Source: Calcarisporiella thermophila CBS 279.70
Taxonomy: Eukaryota; Fungi; Calcarisporiellomycota
DNA: 64,000 bases
Direction of reading: 5' to 3'
Assembly: GCF_041956535.1 (NCBI RefSeq)
Contig: NW_027192207.1
Span: 250,810 to 314,809, forward strand
Below the pieces are notes generated by a model. The model was given only the letters and a program-made list of their open reading frames with translations, was not told the DNA's origin and did not search any database. Numbering within the stretch: the first letter of the stretch is position 1; each line of letters starts with the position of its first letter. This document shows positions 37,258 through 50,100 of this stretch, in pieces. The position numbers and the translations under genes are program-made.

Positions 37258-40200
37258 TTAGTAGCAATCCAGCCAATTGTCATCCTCTCCTTCGGACTCC
37301 TCACCCTGCATATCCATCATTAGAGCCATCATAGATGCTAGTTCGGTATCTTCCTTGTTTTCTTCCACCGTCACATGAGGATGGTCGATGTCGTCCACCG
37401 CCTCCTGGTATAGATGCTCTACCAGAGTCGATTTCTCGAGCCGATTCCAATCCACCTCCCTTATCCGGATTCGAAAACTTTGATGGTGCATATCTAGCCA
37501 TTCGAATGCAGAATCGGCGGGACGTTTCAAGGGGATAGATTGAGCTGAGCTTTCAGAACACGTAATATTTGACAATAGAGTATCTAGTGAAGGAAGGATA
37601 TTTTGTAGAGCATGGAGAACTTCGAGCCTCACCATTCTCGCATAGTCATCCACCTAATTCGCAAAAATATTAGCAAGGGGTGCTAGTCTAACGTAAAGGA
37701 TCTTCGTGCATTATTACCGCAAATAGGATGAGCTCATCGCACCTTAGCCTGTAAAACCAAGTTGCAGCCGAGTGCAGTGTTATTTCCTCTCTGTTATTTT
37801 CACCGGTTTCGAACCCACTTGTACCGGTTAGGTCAGACTTTGACCGCTTTGAATTTTGTCGGTACATTTGTTCTGCATTCAAGCTATAATCCCAAATTGC
37901 TCGCAAAAGCTGTGATACGCGCTGCCGAACCTCCCAATCTTGGTCATCCATTAATTTTCTGAGCAAAGTTTGGCTATATTAGAAGAGCTTAGGTTATTTC
38001 TACAATAGCGTATCCATCCTTCCCAGAGGTAAAGCATACTTTAAAAACTTTTCTTCGTCTTCGAATATCCACTCGACGGTATTCCCCAAGCCTCGGGCAA
38101 TCATAGAGCTTGCCCATTCTACAGCAGCCCGACGAACGAACGCCTCTGGGTCGCGTAGACCTTCAACCATTTTATCCCGAAGAGGTTGGGCTGCCAAGTA
38201 TTCTGGGGCAAGCGGATTTTTGGAAATAATCTGTTTAATATAAATTGAGTACTAACTTCATAGAGACTCGAATAATTGCAACACTAACGCATATGGCTTT
38301 GATGGCGGACGCTCGTACATACACTCCTGCATCAGTAAGCGCGTTTACCGTTGCGTCTACTAAGTGAGCATTTAAGGCAAATCGCACTGCGTCATGGCAT
38401 TCAGACTATTCCATTAGAAATACGAGGGCAATATAAATGGGATGATAATAAATACTAACTGTATCCATAGAATGTTACCTCAAAGAGTCTCTCAACAAAA
38501 CCTACAATAGAGTCCCGTATATCCCACTGGGGATTTTGAAAGCGCATTTGGAGAGCTATCTCGAAGTCTTTGACCTAATTTTCAATACAAGTTCAGGCCT
38601 TACGCCTAGGAATTACGTGCAAAGAATACTAATGATTACCTGTTCGCAGAATATTTTTGAGAGATTTTCCTGTAACAAAAAATCGCCTAGCACTTCCAAT
38701 ATCAATGTGATGCCCGCGCATTCGATAGATTTATTTTGGAGCAACTGTAAAATGAGAGGTACTACCTGAAATATCTGGCTGTTATTAACTTACTTCTGCA
38801 GTGAAAGAAAATTGATATTTACCAGTCGAACTTTAATACCCACTTGTTCGTTGTACACACTTTGGAAGCCAAGATTGAGAAGCCGAATTGCAGGTCGTAA
38901 GATGTTCATATCAGATCCTAGTGACTTCTCTTGAAGTACCACGGATACCAAATGATGTAAAATTTCGCCTTGTCTATTAGTTACCTAAGAATAACATATT
39001 AGTATAGCTAAGCGTAAAGCAAAAAAAAACTTACATATATTAATTTTGGAGATTTAAAGGAGACGGTAAGAAATGTTTTTAGAATGGCAGATATAAGCGA
39101 TTTCTTTTTCAACAAAGGGTAATTGAAATCAGGTGAAAGATGCAATACCTAAATAAAAAGTGTGACCAGGGAGATGAACACGTTAGTATCCTTATCCATT
39201 GAAATTATACATTCTAACCCCATACATGGCATTTATACAAGCAATTGTATAGCTTTTCTCTAATAATTGTACTGGGTATGTCTGAGAGAATAGATTCCAT
39301 GGTCTGATATCTTGTGTCCTGTATACATGTTCGCAACAGATAGAGAGACGCAGACATTACTCCGATATTTATATCGTATCCATACTTTGGCGTACGATCA
39401 GACAGATGTAGTAGTGATTCGAGAACTCGGACGGCCATTACGGTGGAATCGAAATCGGCATTTAAGAAGAGCTTACTTATTAGATGATCCAGAGAATAGC
39501 AAAAAGCTAGAATATAAAATGGGGTTAACCATTGTACTAGTGGTTAAATTAAGTATAATTTACCTTCAAGAAATTTCTCCTCTTCCTCTCCATCAAAATC
39601 CAAATCATTTTTGTTAGCAATGATGAGCAAAGGATTGGGAGCATGCTCCAATATACTAGTGAAGATCTCCAGGGTGCGATTCCTCAAGATCTTATCGGGC
39701 TCTAGAAAGTGCTCGTTAAGACTAGCAAGCTACAGGATAGTAAACACTATTATTTTAGCTGAGCTTAACATCTTATATTGCATATTTACCAAATGACTTT
39801 GATGCAAAAACTCATAAGACCCAGGGGTACGGGAATCCACCAGTTCCCAGAAAAAATTGAGAGCTGATAACCAGTGCTGATGAGATTGGAGGTTGGCATT
39901 CTCGGGCATGATGACTTCTTTTATTTGATGAATAATATCAGCGGTCCTATTTAATGGCTCTATCCCTGAGTGACTATAGTCCCATTCTCCATGCTTGACC
40001 ATTGCGACAAGGAGTTTACAGGTTGCCGAGACAACCTTTCAATAGGAAGAGTTAGTGATATTCTTCGAGTGTCTTAAGGGGATTAAATCCTACTCACATA
40101 GGTGCTCTCATCTTCAAAACCTCGCTTGCAAACCGCAGAAAACTCTTTCGATGTCAAAAGCCTGTAGGTCAGGGTAATATTTAATTATTTGAAAAAAAAA

Positions 40201-40698
40201 GGAAAGTACAATGGATACGAAAATTTCATACCAATTAAAACCTATCTTGCTACTTGCAATTCCTTCAAGTGCGTCAACACATGAGAAGCGAAGCAGTGCC
40301 TCTTTAAAGTGCAGACCCGACAGGATGTAATCAAGAATATCGTGGTGAACATTAAGGAGCGCATGCAAGAGTTCTTCGTCTTGGCCATCAGTGGACACTA
40401 AACGACCCAAGAGCCGAATAGCCACTGAGGATATCCGATAATCCTGATCCCTATGAATACATTCCTAGCGATATTATAAGAATAATAAGGCCAAGTGTCA
40501 ATCCAACCATTTGCATACCCTCAATATGCTTAAACCGTCCCATGCCAAAAACTGGTGCTGAAGAGTTCCTGTCGAGAACTGATTAACAAAACTTAATAAA
40601 TACGACAACACTTTTTCATGGATTGTGTCGTCCGTAATGCGGTGGGACATCTGAGGGAGAACCCGCAAGACCTCATGGAACTGCGAATACTCGCTCAT
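37258..40698 (-). CDS. BRAT1-like ARM/HEAT-repeat protein (~13 exons)
   Basis: HEAT-like motifs WDIRDSIV, VYVRASAI, EAFVRRAAV and DWEVRQRV; acidic tail ending LDCY*, as in animal BRAT1. Confidence 0.75.
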
Positions 40699-40756
40699 TA
40701 TTACTTGGAATTCACGCGTTGGAACAATCTACACGATCGGTATGCAAGAAATAAAA

Positions 40757-40795
40757 GTCACAAAAATGGATTCGTGACGTAAACATTTTTGTGAC
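40757..40795. promoter_or_regulatory. 12-bp inverted repeat enclosing a CRE-like site, in a 216-bp divergent promoter
   Basis: gtcacaaaaatg-N15-catttttgtgac with TGACGTAA in the spacer, between the BRAT1-like ATG (40698) and the CYC1 ATG (40915). Confidence 0.5.
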
Positions 40796-40914
40796 GCCCT
40801 GAAACTTTAATACAAATATAACCCATGTGTTTTGCTGTTTACATTTATCTCTTCTTTTAACGAATTCTTTAATTTCACCCTCCCCACTCTTCAATTACAC
40901 ATTCAATATCAAAA

Positions 40915-41532
40915 ATGGCCGGTGACGCTGGTATGATTTCTACTCCTACCCCACTCTTCTACTCCACTTTCCTCTCGTTTATAGCAGGCTCTTATTAACT
41001 GTGCTGTTCTTTTTTTACGATAGCTATCGGAGCTAAGCTCTTCAAGACCCGTTGCGCTCAATGTAAGTTGACACTTTCCATCCATGCTTAACCTAACCTG
41101 CTGCTAACGGCAACTTGTCGTCCTACCCTTAGGCCACACCGTTGAGAAGGGTGGTGCCCACAAGGTCGGACCCAACCTTCACGGTATCTTCGGTCGTCAG
41201 TCCGGACAAGCTGAGGGCTACAGCTACACTGATGCCAACAAGAACGCCGCTGTTCAGTGGAATGAGGACACTTTGATGGAATACCTCATCAACCCCAAGA
41301 AGTACATTCCAGGCACCAAGATGGGTATGTGCTTACATTTTCTCGTATCCTCGAATTTATTGGAGCTAACCCCTCGCTCTTGACTTATTTAGCTTTCGCT
41401 GGTTTCAAGAAGGAGGCCGATCGCGCCAATGTTGTAGCTTACCTCAAAGAGGTACAGTCTTTCATGGATTTTATCTATTGCATTCTCAAGCTAACCTGGT
41501 CTTTTTTTCTCTCCACCTAGGCCACTGCCTAA
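40915..41532 (+). CDS. CYC1: cytochrome c (5 exons)
   Basis: Spliced [36 protein letters not shown]...[15 protein letters not shown]...EATA*; CxxCH heme motif. Confidence 0.97.
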
Positions 41533-42284
41533 ATTTCTATGAAGAAACCTCTTCATTGTACAATGAAATAGAATATCACATCAATATACTACTTAATTTT
41601 TTCTCAAAATACACAATCCCTAGAGATCTAAATGATATTAGAACATCTGTGAAAACTTAGCCGTAATTTTCCGAAGAACACATTAATAAATAGATGAGCC
41701 AATGAGATGTATGCTGCACTAGAATATATGTTTGGGATTAAGTCCTCCGGCTGGCGGACTTTGAAAGCTGTACCACACATAAGCTCCCCTTGTGTTTGAA
41801 GTGTTTTTGAAGGGAAACAACTGAGTTGTGCAAGCGGCTTACCATCCGCGCATTAAGATTTCGGGAGGCTTGTGCATTGTGGAATCAGAGACGGCGATTC
41901 CCAGGCGCCCACGTAGCCCCCACCGCCAACTAGGGCAAGAGGAGACAGAAGGTTTGCATAGGCCAAGCGCATCTGGCGATGCTGCTCAAGGGCTTATTGC
42001 TGAAGAGAAGCAACACGACTAACGCTTCAAAAAGATTTATTTACCACCCCGCCAACGCGGGATCCACGCCGTCCTCACATTATAGAAGGGTATTAATATA
42101 CGGGCCACGCCTTGGAAACATAGAAATATTCACATTATTACAGATTGTACTTTATACACTACACAGGAGGGGGAGGGGGAATTATACAGAAATAAATAAC
42201 AATGCATACAAGATAGAAACTAGCTAGCCGCTGAACACTAAATGAACACTATCCCGCATGGCGATGCTTATCGATCAAATTAGC

Positions 42285-44261
42285 TCATATCGATAAAGTC
42301 ATGAAGCTGGCCATGTTCGCATTGAGCTCCTTCGTGGTGAGGGCCGGGCGGCCGGTGGTGTGGCGGCGAGAGGTTGGATTTACCAAGATCGGGGGAAACG
42401 TAGTCACCGGCGCCGATGCAGTGCGCTCTGAGACTATGGGTGCCGAGAGCTTTCGCTTTCCAATGGTTTTGCTGATCACCGACGACACGGTCGAGGATGC
42501 AACAGAAAACGTGGACGACGACGAAAGCCTCCGGTCTGCCTGATTCAGAGCCTGGATGGTTTCAGTGATCCTTAGCAGCCACTCACGCCGTTCGTCCTCA
42601 CTGTTCGCGCGAACTAGAAGCGGTTTATCGGCATTTGCTGCGCGAATTTGGAGGCAGTTTGGGTGGCGAAGCTCGACCGTTGCATGCAGCAGATCGATCT
42701 GGGCCTAGAGAGTCAATGGATCAGTGAGCGAGAATGCGGATATATACGTCCGAATGAAGACAGCACTCACCTTGAATGTGTACGAGTTCTTGTTTCGGAA
42801 TTTGGCCTCGATGAGCTTGTCGTTGAACAGGAAAAACGCTCTAGGCTCCACTAGCACGGTGTTGTTCACCCCGATTTTGTTCATGTTCCCCTGCAGGATG
42901 AGGCGCCTATGCGGGGCAACTAGGGGTTGCGGGAGGTTGGCTATTGACTTCTGAAGCTCCAGTACATGCCGCTGGTTCTCAGCGTCCCGAATTCTGTGAG
43001 TAGAGTCATTAATTTAAACCATATTTTTAGAAACTTCTTTATTAATGAATCCATACTTCTCATTAAGCTCCTCGGCAATCTGGGCCACCAAACTTGCGCA
43101 ACTGCTCAGGTTGATAAAGTCTGGGTGGAGCGGATTGGTGAATTTGAGAAGGGCTTCAAGGAGGAGCTTGTAGCGCGGGATGCGCTGGATCGGCAGAATG
43201 AGATAAGACTCCAGGTTCATGTTTTCGAGCAGAGGGTTCTCATGGCATGCCTGTTTCATGACGATGGAAACTTAGCTTCCAATCCATTCTATATGCAAAT
43301 AAGTAGAGAGCTTACATCTAAGAATTTTTTGAATTGCGAGTTTGGCTTCGTAAGTCTCTCAAGGGTAACGACAGCTTGTGGGAAACTAAAATAGAAGAGG
43401 TACTGATTAGCTGTTGCCTGGAATGTCGAGGAGGAATAAGTGAGAGTACTTTTTCAAATACGGAATGTACATTCGGAAAAACGGAATCTATCGCAGAAAA
43501 AATGGACCATCTTCATTAGAAAAGCATAGGCGGAGCGAGAAAACCCAATCCTTTAACTCACTGTTTTCAAAAGCAAGTCTCCTAGGATCTGCGCGGGACA
43601 CCAAATACGCTGCCGTTCATTCAAGTCCTCAAGGAATTGTTCATGGAGCTGTAGAATTTGGTCAAAATTGGAGAAGATAGCTTGGAAGTCGTCGAGCGTT
43701 AGCACGCCTTTAGACTGCCCGAAAAAAGGGGTTGGGGACGGGTTGGAGAGTTTCTCGAGAAGCGGTTGGTAAAATATGTTACGAAGCTTACGCAGACCCT
43801 GCACATAGGCCAGCTCAGAGGAAAATATTTCGCGGACAGCCAGTTCACGCTTTTGAAAATTGATCTCCTCCTCTTTATAAAGGATAGATAGTATCAAGAA
43901 CTAAACTTCAGTCTAGCATTGTTCTTTTTGTCTTACCGATGCATTGATAGATAGACGATAGGCTATCCTCATCAGAGTAGAGCGTGCAGAGCTCATCAAC
44001 CAGGGCAAAATGCTCATGGTTCTCTGGAGCATAGGCTTGATGCATGCCGAGCTTGCTTGAGTTCTTAAGAAAGGGAGCATTTGGCAGCGGTGTAGAAGAT
44101 ATGGGTGAATCGACTTCATCGTAATATGGTGTGGTGGATGGATAGAGAGGCAAGTTATGATAGGGATGTGCCAAATAGGAGGAAGAAGAAGACGAGCGAA
44201 GCCTCGAGCGAAGCGAAAACGTTGGGGATATACTACGTGTCTCTAGAATGCTTTCGGCCAT
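42285..44261 (-). CDS. DH-PH Rho guanine nucleotide exchange factor (7 exons)
   Basis: REIFSSELAYV, IFSNFDQILQLH, LESYLILPIQRIPRYKLLL, and PH-domain 'RAFFLFNDKLI'. Confidence 0.9.
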
Positions 44262-44866
44262 GGTTTCTTCTCTGATTGCAAAACCGTACAAAGTCTTTTA
44301 GACAAGTTGGAGGGGATGGAGATTTGGAATGTAGACGCACTTATTAATTTCCAAGTGGAAGGAATAAGTGGGCACAATTTTGAGAACAAAGGAGAAAGAG
44401 GGAAGAGCAAAGGGTTTGTAGTGGATTCAGGGAAAGAAAGCAAAGGAAAAAAGGTGAGAGAGAACACGTCGATCATCCTTTTTAAGATTTTTTGCTTTGG
44501 CGGAGGAACCGAGGGAAATGGAAAGGGAAACATGAGAGAATTTCATATTCTCCTACACAAAGGTTCATTTAAGATTCATATCATTATGTGAGTTTAAACT
44601 TCAGATTATTAGGTGAGCAATAATTTTGTGGGTGAATATTAGATAAATAGGCGTGATGATAGGCAAAACAAGGTTGCGGCAAAGGGTGAGTGGATGCAAT
44701 GGCTATTCCAGGCTCCTATTTTACGTGATCTTCAATCCTTTTAGATTAAACGTTTTCCATTACGTCTGCGCATAGACACTTGCTCCTTCTTGATGTGCTG
44801 TCAAAAATGACTTAGCGGTGGGAGTGCTGAAGTCGCCCCCCCTCCCCCCTCTTTAGACTCGCTATC

Positions 44867-45017
44867 ACGAGGCCAGACCTCGCTCTACAAAATTTGGACC
44901 CCTCGAAGCAGCTAGAGACCGTTTAGGTCTAGGCCGCTAGGGTCATTGTGCAATCCTATGACTCCTCCTCTAGCCGACAGCGCTTCGCTGATGCGGACTA
45001 GAGAGGTAGGAAAGTGT
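44867..45017 (-). ncRNA. U1 snRNA, variant 5' end (ACACUUUCCU)
   Basis: 151 nt with the U1 layout in order: 5' arm; helix H (ACCUC/GGGGU); SL-I with AUCAGCGAAG; SL-II loop AUUGCAC (44948-44954); SL-III (AGCGGC/GCUGCU and AGACC/GGUCU); Sm site AAAUUUUG (44888-44895); terminal hairpin GCGAGG/CCUCGU. Confidence 0.8.
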
Positions 45018-47173
45018 CTTTTCTCTCTTTTGGTATACACTATTAATTGCTCATCTGTATTACTTTATTTTTTACAGTGCACAATTTGATTTATTAATAA
45101 TTTATCCGGGATTGGGTGTGTATTGATCAAAAAAATTCAGGAAATCCAGGAATCAAAAGGATACAGATTGATTAAATTAATCTGAAAGTTACTGGCAGCC
45201 TCTCAAGCGTAAATTATAGGGTCAAAATTAACGGAGAATTTCTAAAAGCTTATACGCAGGCATCATGGCTGATAATTAGGCATGCGCATATACCAACTTC
45301 ATGCAATACCTCATTGGATCATCCCAGATCGATTGTAGGATATATTAGATACTGTATTCAGCTGGGAGTTTGAATTGCACTAAAGAAGAATAATATCAAA
45401 AAGTTCATCAAGATGCATCTATTTTTCTAAAAAGAGTGCTCTCGGAATTGGTATATATGGTAAAAATAAGAACTGGGTCATAGACAATGAAAATAAAATG
45501 ATCGAGTATCATTCTCGACCATGCTTGTACTGTCAGAGAACTTTTCACACATTTCTCAAAGTCGTTTGCTATTTGTGCCATGGCTATTAGTATTCGTTCT
45601 CCTCTTACAATTTCCAATATAACTCATTGCTTAGACCCCCATGAATTGGTCTATAGGACTGCTGCCAATTTCATCTAGATATCCTTTCCATCTCGAACAC
45701 TTTGATTTAGTCTCCAGCCGCTCAGTCACCATAGTTGTGTATCATGGTTGACAGACTGCAAGACTACGCGTATCAAGTGGTGGGCGCGAGACATACCAGC
45801 CAAGATGATCAGAAAATGGGGAAACTGAATGGCATCATATCTGCGAGCATTTAAGACATGGTATACTGTATAATCGGTCTCGCCTAAATGACTCGCTGAT
45901 ATAACTGACAATAGGCAACTTTATGTGTTGTTGTGCGTCAATATAACCTCCTGCTTGATGTCCAAGGGGAATATTAGTTCAGGCCGCCACGACTGCACAT
46001 TGACATCATCCATGGAACTGCTCTATAATGATGACCTTGCCGGTCGAGGAAAATCAGCTCAACGAATGGTGCTGAGCATATATCCGTGTGCTGTTTACTT
46101 ATCTATGGAGGGTTCAATAAACCATATGTTTTTTTTTGATGGGCACCACAAACGCAGTAAGTGGGTGCTGCTATACCAATGAAGTCCTCTCCAACTAGGA
46201 CTTTCTTGGTGGTTCGAGCGATCCTACTGCTCCTTCCCACACGAGTTTAATCGAGAGCATGGGTCATATAGTCGGCAGCGGCTACCGGTGGCAAGAAAAT
46301 GGATATTTAACCACACTCGACAGAGTGATGTGGTAGTTGCGGTATCCCATAACTCAGCAAGTTAACTGCACCCAACGGCATCTTCGCTCATTCGCACAAG
46401 CCAGCCCTGCAGTCTTAATTCCGTACTTTAACCTGTATTTCTCTCGGATTGGTGTCGTGAACTTTCGGCTACTCATTTACTCACAAAAGAACTGGAAACT
46501 ACAATTGTCTCCCCTATGTCTCAACCTCGTGTCAAAGTTTGTAGGGACATTAAATGTGTGGAGCGCAAATGGATGGCCCGTGGTCTGTTAGCTCAGGTTG
46601 GTTATTCCAATTTCAGTCTGGTCAAGTTCATTTTAGAGAGTGATTTTGTATGGGCAGCCGACATTACTGCTATTGCAGTGCTGAGATCCGTAGCAAATGC
46701 AGTAACTAGATCGCCAGCCTTCTCAACAAAATTATTCTTTGGAAAGACTGAGACATTCCGAATATTCTATATACTAGTTTAATGAATATTGCGGAATAGC
46801 TAACATTGCAGCTAAATTGAGAGTGACTTATTTCTTTGGTATAAAGGACGTTTGAATTCTCATCATTGGTAGTTAATTTTGGATGATGCCGGAACGGTTA
46901 TCTCATTGATATCACAAATATCAGATATCTAACTGATTTCAAGTAAGGAAAATAAAGTTTTTGATCCGGTTTCTATTTGCAGCCGAATCGAACTTCGTTT
47001 TGAAAAACATTGCCCATTGTCTGAGCTTTGTTGCGTTTCTAAACTTCGAGAACATCTTTTTCATTAGATTCATCCATCTTTCATCAACATCCGTTTAACC
47101 TTATTTTTCGTTTTCTTTTATTTAATTCTGTGTGTGAAGGGGTAAGAAATACTCGGTAAGGCGGGATCTAATT

Positions 47174-50100
47174 ATGAACGGTTTTTCGCCGCTGGAAGCC
47201 TATTCTAAAGGCACCCGGGTGTGGTTTTCTGATGAGCGCGAGGGCTGGATTAGCGCACAAGTTACCACAAAATCAGTCACTGGAGATCGGCTACGACTCG
47301 AGTTCATTGACGAAAATGGAAAGGTGGATTGAAAGAAAAAAATTCGAATTTCTGGCATGATCTCAATCATCTCATCTGTCTATTCCTAATGCTATAGGAA
47401 GTCGTCATTGACACCACATTAGCCAACCTCGAAAAAACACAGTACGCTGAGCTTCCTCCACTGCGAAATCCACCCCATCTTGAGACGACAGATGATTTAA
47501 CCAATCTCAGCTATTTGAACGAGCCAGCAGGTAATGACCGTTATTAACATGGAGATGGCGATGTTGTCATCAGGTTTCATTAATGCTCTACATCTTTAGT
47601 ATTAAATGCTATTCGTACTCGATATGCGCAACGTAATATATATACATATTCCGGCATTGTTTTGATTGCGGTCAACCCTTTCCAAAGAGTGAATCTTTAC
47701 GAATCCGAGATCGTACAAGCTTACTCCGGAAAGAGGCGAGGTGAGCTCGAGCCGCACTTGTTTGCTATTGCCGAAGATGCATATCGCTGTATGCTTCGAG
47801 AGCAGAAGAATCAGACTATCGTCGTTTCTGGCGAGAGGTATAGTGGATGACGATCTCTTTTGCTTGCAAACTCCCTATTAACCATTCTAAAATGAATAGT
47901 GGTGCGGGTAAGACGGTGAGCGCCAAATATATCATGCGTTATTTCGCCACGGCAGATGACCACGAAAAAACCCTCAAAAGATCTGTTCGAACACTCGATG
48001 GTATGTCTGCTGGAACAGGAATGTCTGAGGTCGAAGAGCAGATCCTAGCAACCAACCCAATCATGGAGGCCTTTGGTAACGCTAAAACAACGCGCAATGA
48101 TAACAGTTCTCGCTTTGGCAAATACATAGAGGTAGAACGGCTGTCGGACCTATTTTCATCTTATTGTTCTAATTCAACTCACGTTTATTAGATCCAATTT
48201 GATGATGGTGCAAATATCATTGGTGCTAAAATTCGCACCTACCTTCTTGAACGCTCTCGACTAATTTATCAGCCGGATACCGAGCGAAATTATCATATCT
48301 TCTACCAACTCTGCGCAGGCGCACCCACCTCTGAGAAGAAAGCCTTCGACATCAGGAGCTATGATCAGTTTCACTATCTTCGTCAGGGAGGAGTCGCGAC
48401 CATTCCCGGTGTCGATGATGCGCAAGAGTTCGAGACAACTCAAAAGGCCCTCTCGACGGTTGGCATCTCTGTGCAATTACAATGGCAAATCTTTCGCTTG
48501 CTTGCTGCTCTTATGCACATCGGCAATATTGAGATCACTGGTCGCAATGACGCTATGCTTGCAGAGGATCACCCGCACCTCACTATGGCCGCTCAACTCC
48601 TAGGGATCAATCAGGCGGAGTTCCGCAAGTGGATCATTCGTAAACAGATTACCACTCGGTCAGAGAAGATTGTAAGCAACCTGCAGCCTGCTCAAGCAAT
48701 AGTGGTGCGAGATTCCGTGGCCAAATATATTTACGCCAATTTGTTTGAGTGGCTTGTCGGAGTGATCAATGAGAGCCTATCGCATAAAGATGTGTCCAAT
48801 GTTAACACGTTTATCGGCGTGTTGGATATCTATGGTTTTGAGCACTTCAAAAAGAATTCGTTCGAACAATTCTGCATCAACTACGCGAACGAGAAACTAC
48901 AGCAAGAATTTAATCAGCATGTGTTTAAGTTGGAGCAAGAGGTAAGCATTAAATATCAAAATACGTCCTATCTATATTTTTAATACGTGCTTATTATGTG
49001 ACAGGAATATATCCGGGAAAACATTGACTGGACTTTCATCGAGTTTAGTGACAATCAGCCCTGTATTGAGTTGATCGAGAGCAAGCTCGGTATTTTGTCT
49101 CTTCTTGATGAGGTTCGTGTTATTTCTTTTCAGCGCTCATCGCAATGCATATTTAAATTCATTCGATATATATCTGCTATAGGAATCACGTCTTCCTTCG
49201 GGCTCTGATCAAGGACTTTGTAATAAACTCTTCCAACACTTTGGCACTCCTCAATACAAGCGCTATTTCCAAAAGCCTCGTTTCGCGAACAATTCTTTCA
49301 CTATTAGCCATTATGCCCATGATGTCACCTATGATTCCGAAGGCTTCCTCGAGAAAAATCGTGATACATTGCCCGATGAGCACCTTTCGCTTTTGCAGAA
49401 CACTGAGTTCGAATTCTTGAAGGAGGTACTCCTCAAGGGTATTGCTTCACAGCCTGTTGTGGTAAGTTGTCCCCCATAATATTTAAAACCTTTCATTGCA
49501 CTCATGCAAATATCTATTTTTTCTCCTTAGGAACAAGCCAGCAAACGCATGAGTGTTATTGCCAAGAAACCAACTCTTGGCTCAATCTTCAAAGGCTCTC
49601 TCATCAGTCTCATGGACACCATCAACTCTACCAATGTGCATTATATTCGCTGCATTAAACCCAATGAAGCAAAGGCACCATGGGCCTTTGAACCCCAAAT
49701 GGTCCTCTCACAGCTACGAGCATGCGGAGTTCTTGAAACCATTCGTATCAGTTGCGCAGGTTATCCCTCTCGCTGGACCTTTGAGGAGTTTGCCGATCGA
49801 TACTACATGCTTGTCCACTCGCAATACTGGACTCAAGATATCCGTCAGCTCTGTTCTACAATCCTTAATGAAACCATCAAGGATAGCGACCGTTTCCAAA
49901 TCGGGACCACTAAGATCTTTTTCCGGGCTGGTCAACTTGCTGAGCTCGAGCGATATCGTACCGACAGGCTACACCTATGTGCCACCGTCATCCAGAAAAA
50001 TGTTCGTCGCTATCTCTGCCAAACAAAATACCTCCGTATGCGACAGGCTGTGGTGCGCCTACAATGTCTTACACGACGGATCATTGCACAAAGGAGAGCC

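Noticed and set aside
41770-41800. RNase MRP CR-V-like ACACAAGGGGAGCTTA (minus strand)
   Set aside because: No GAAAGUCCCC-type CR-I partner at the expected upstream position.
46942-46955. AGTAAGGAAAATAA, matching part of U12 snRNA
   Set aside because: The 5' TGCCTTAAA segment and downstream stems are missing; likely an AT-rich chance match.
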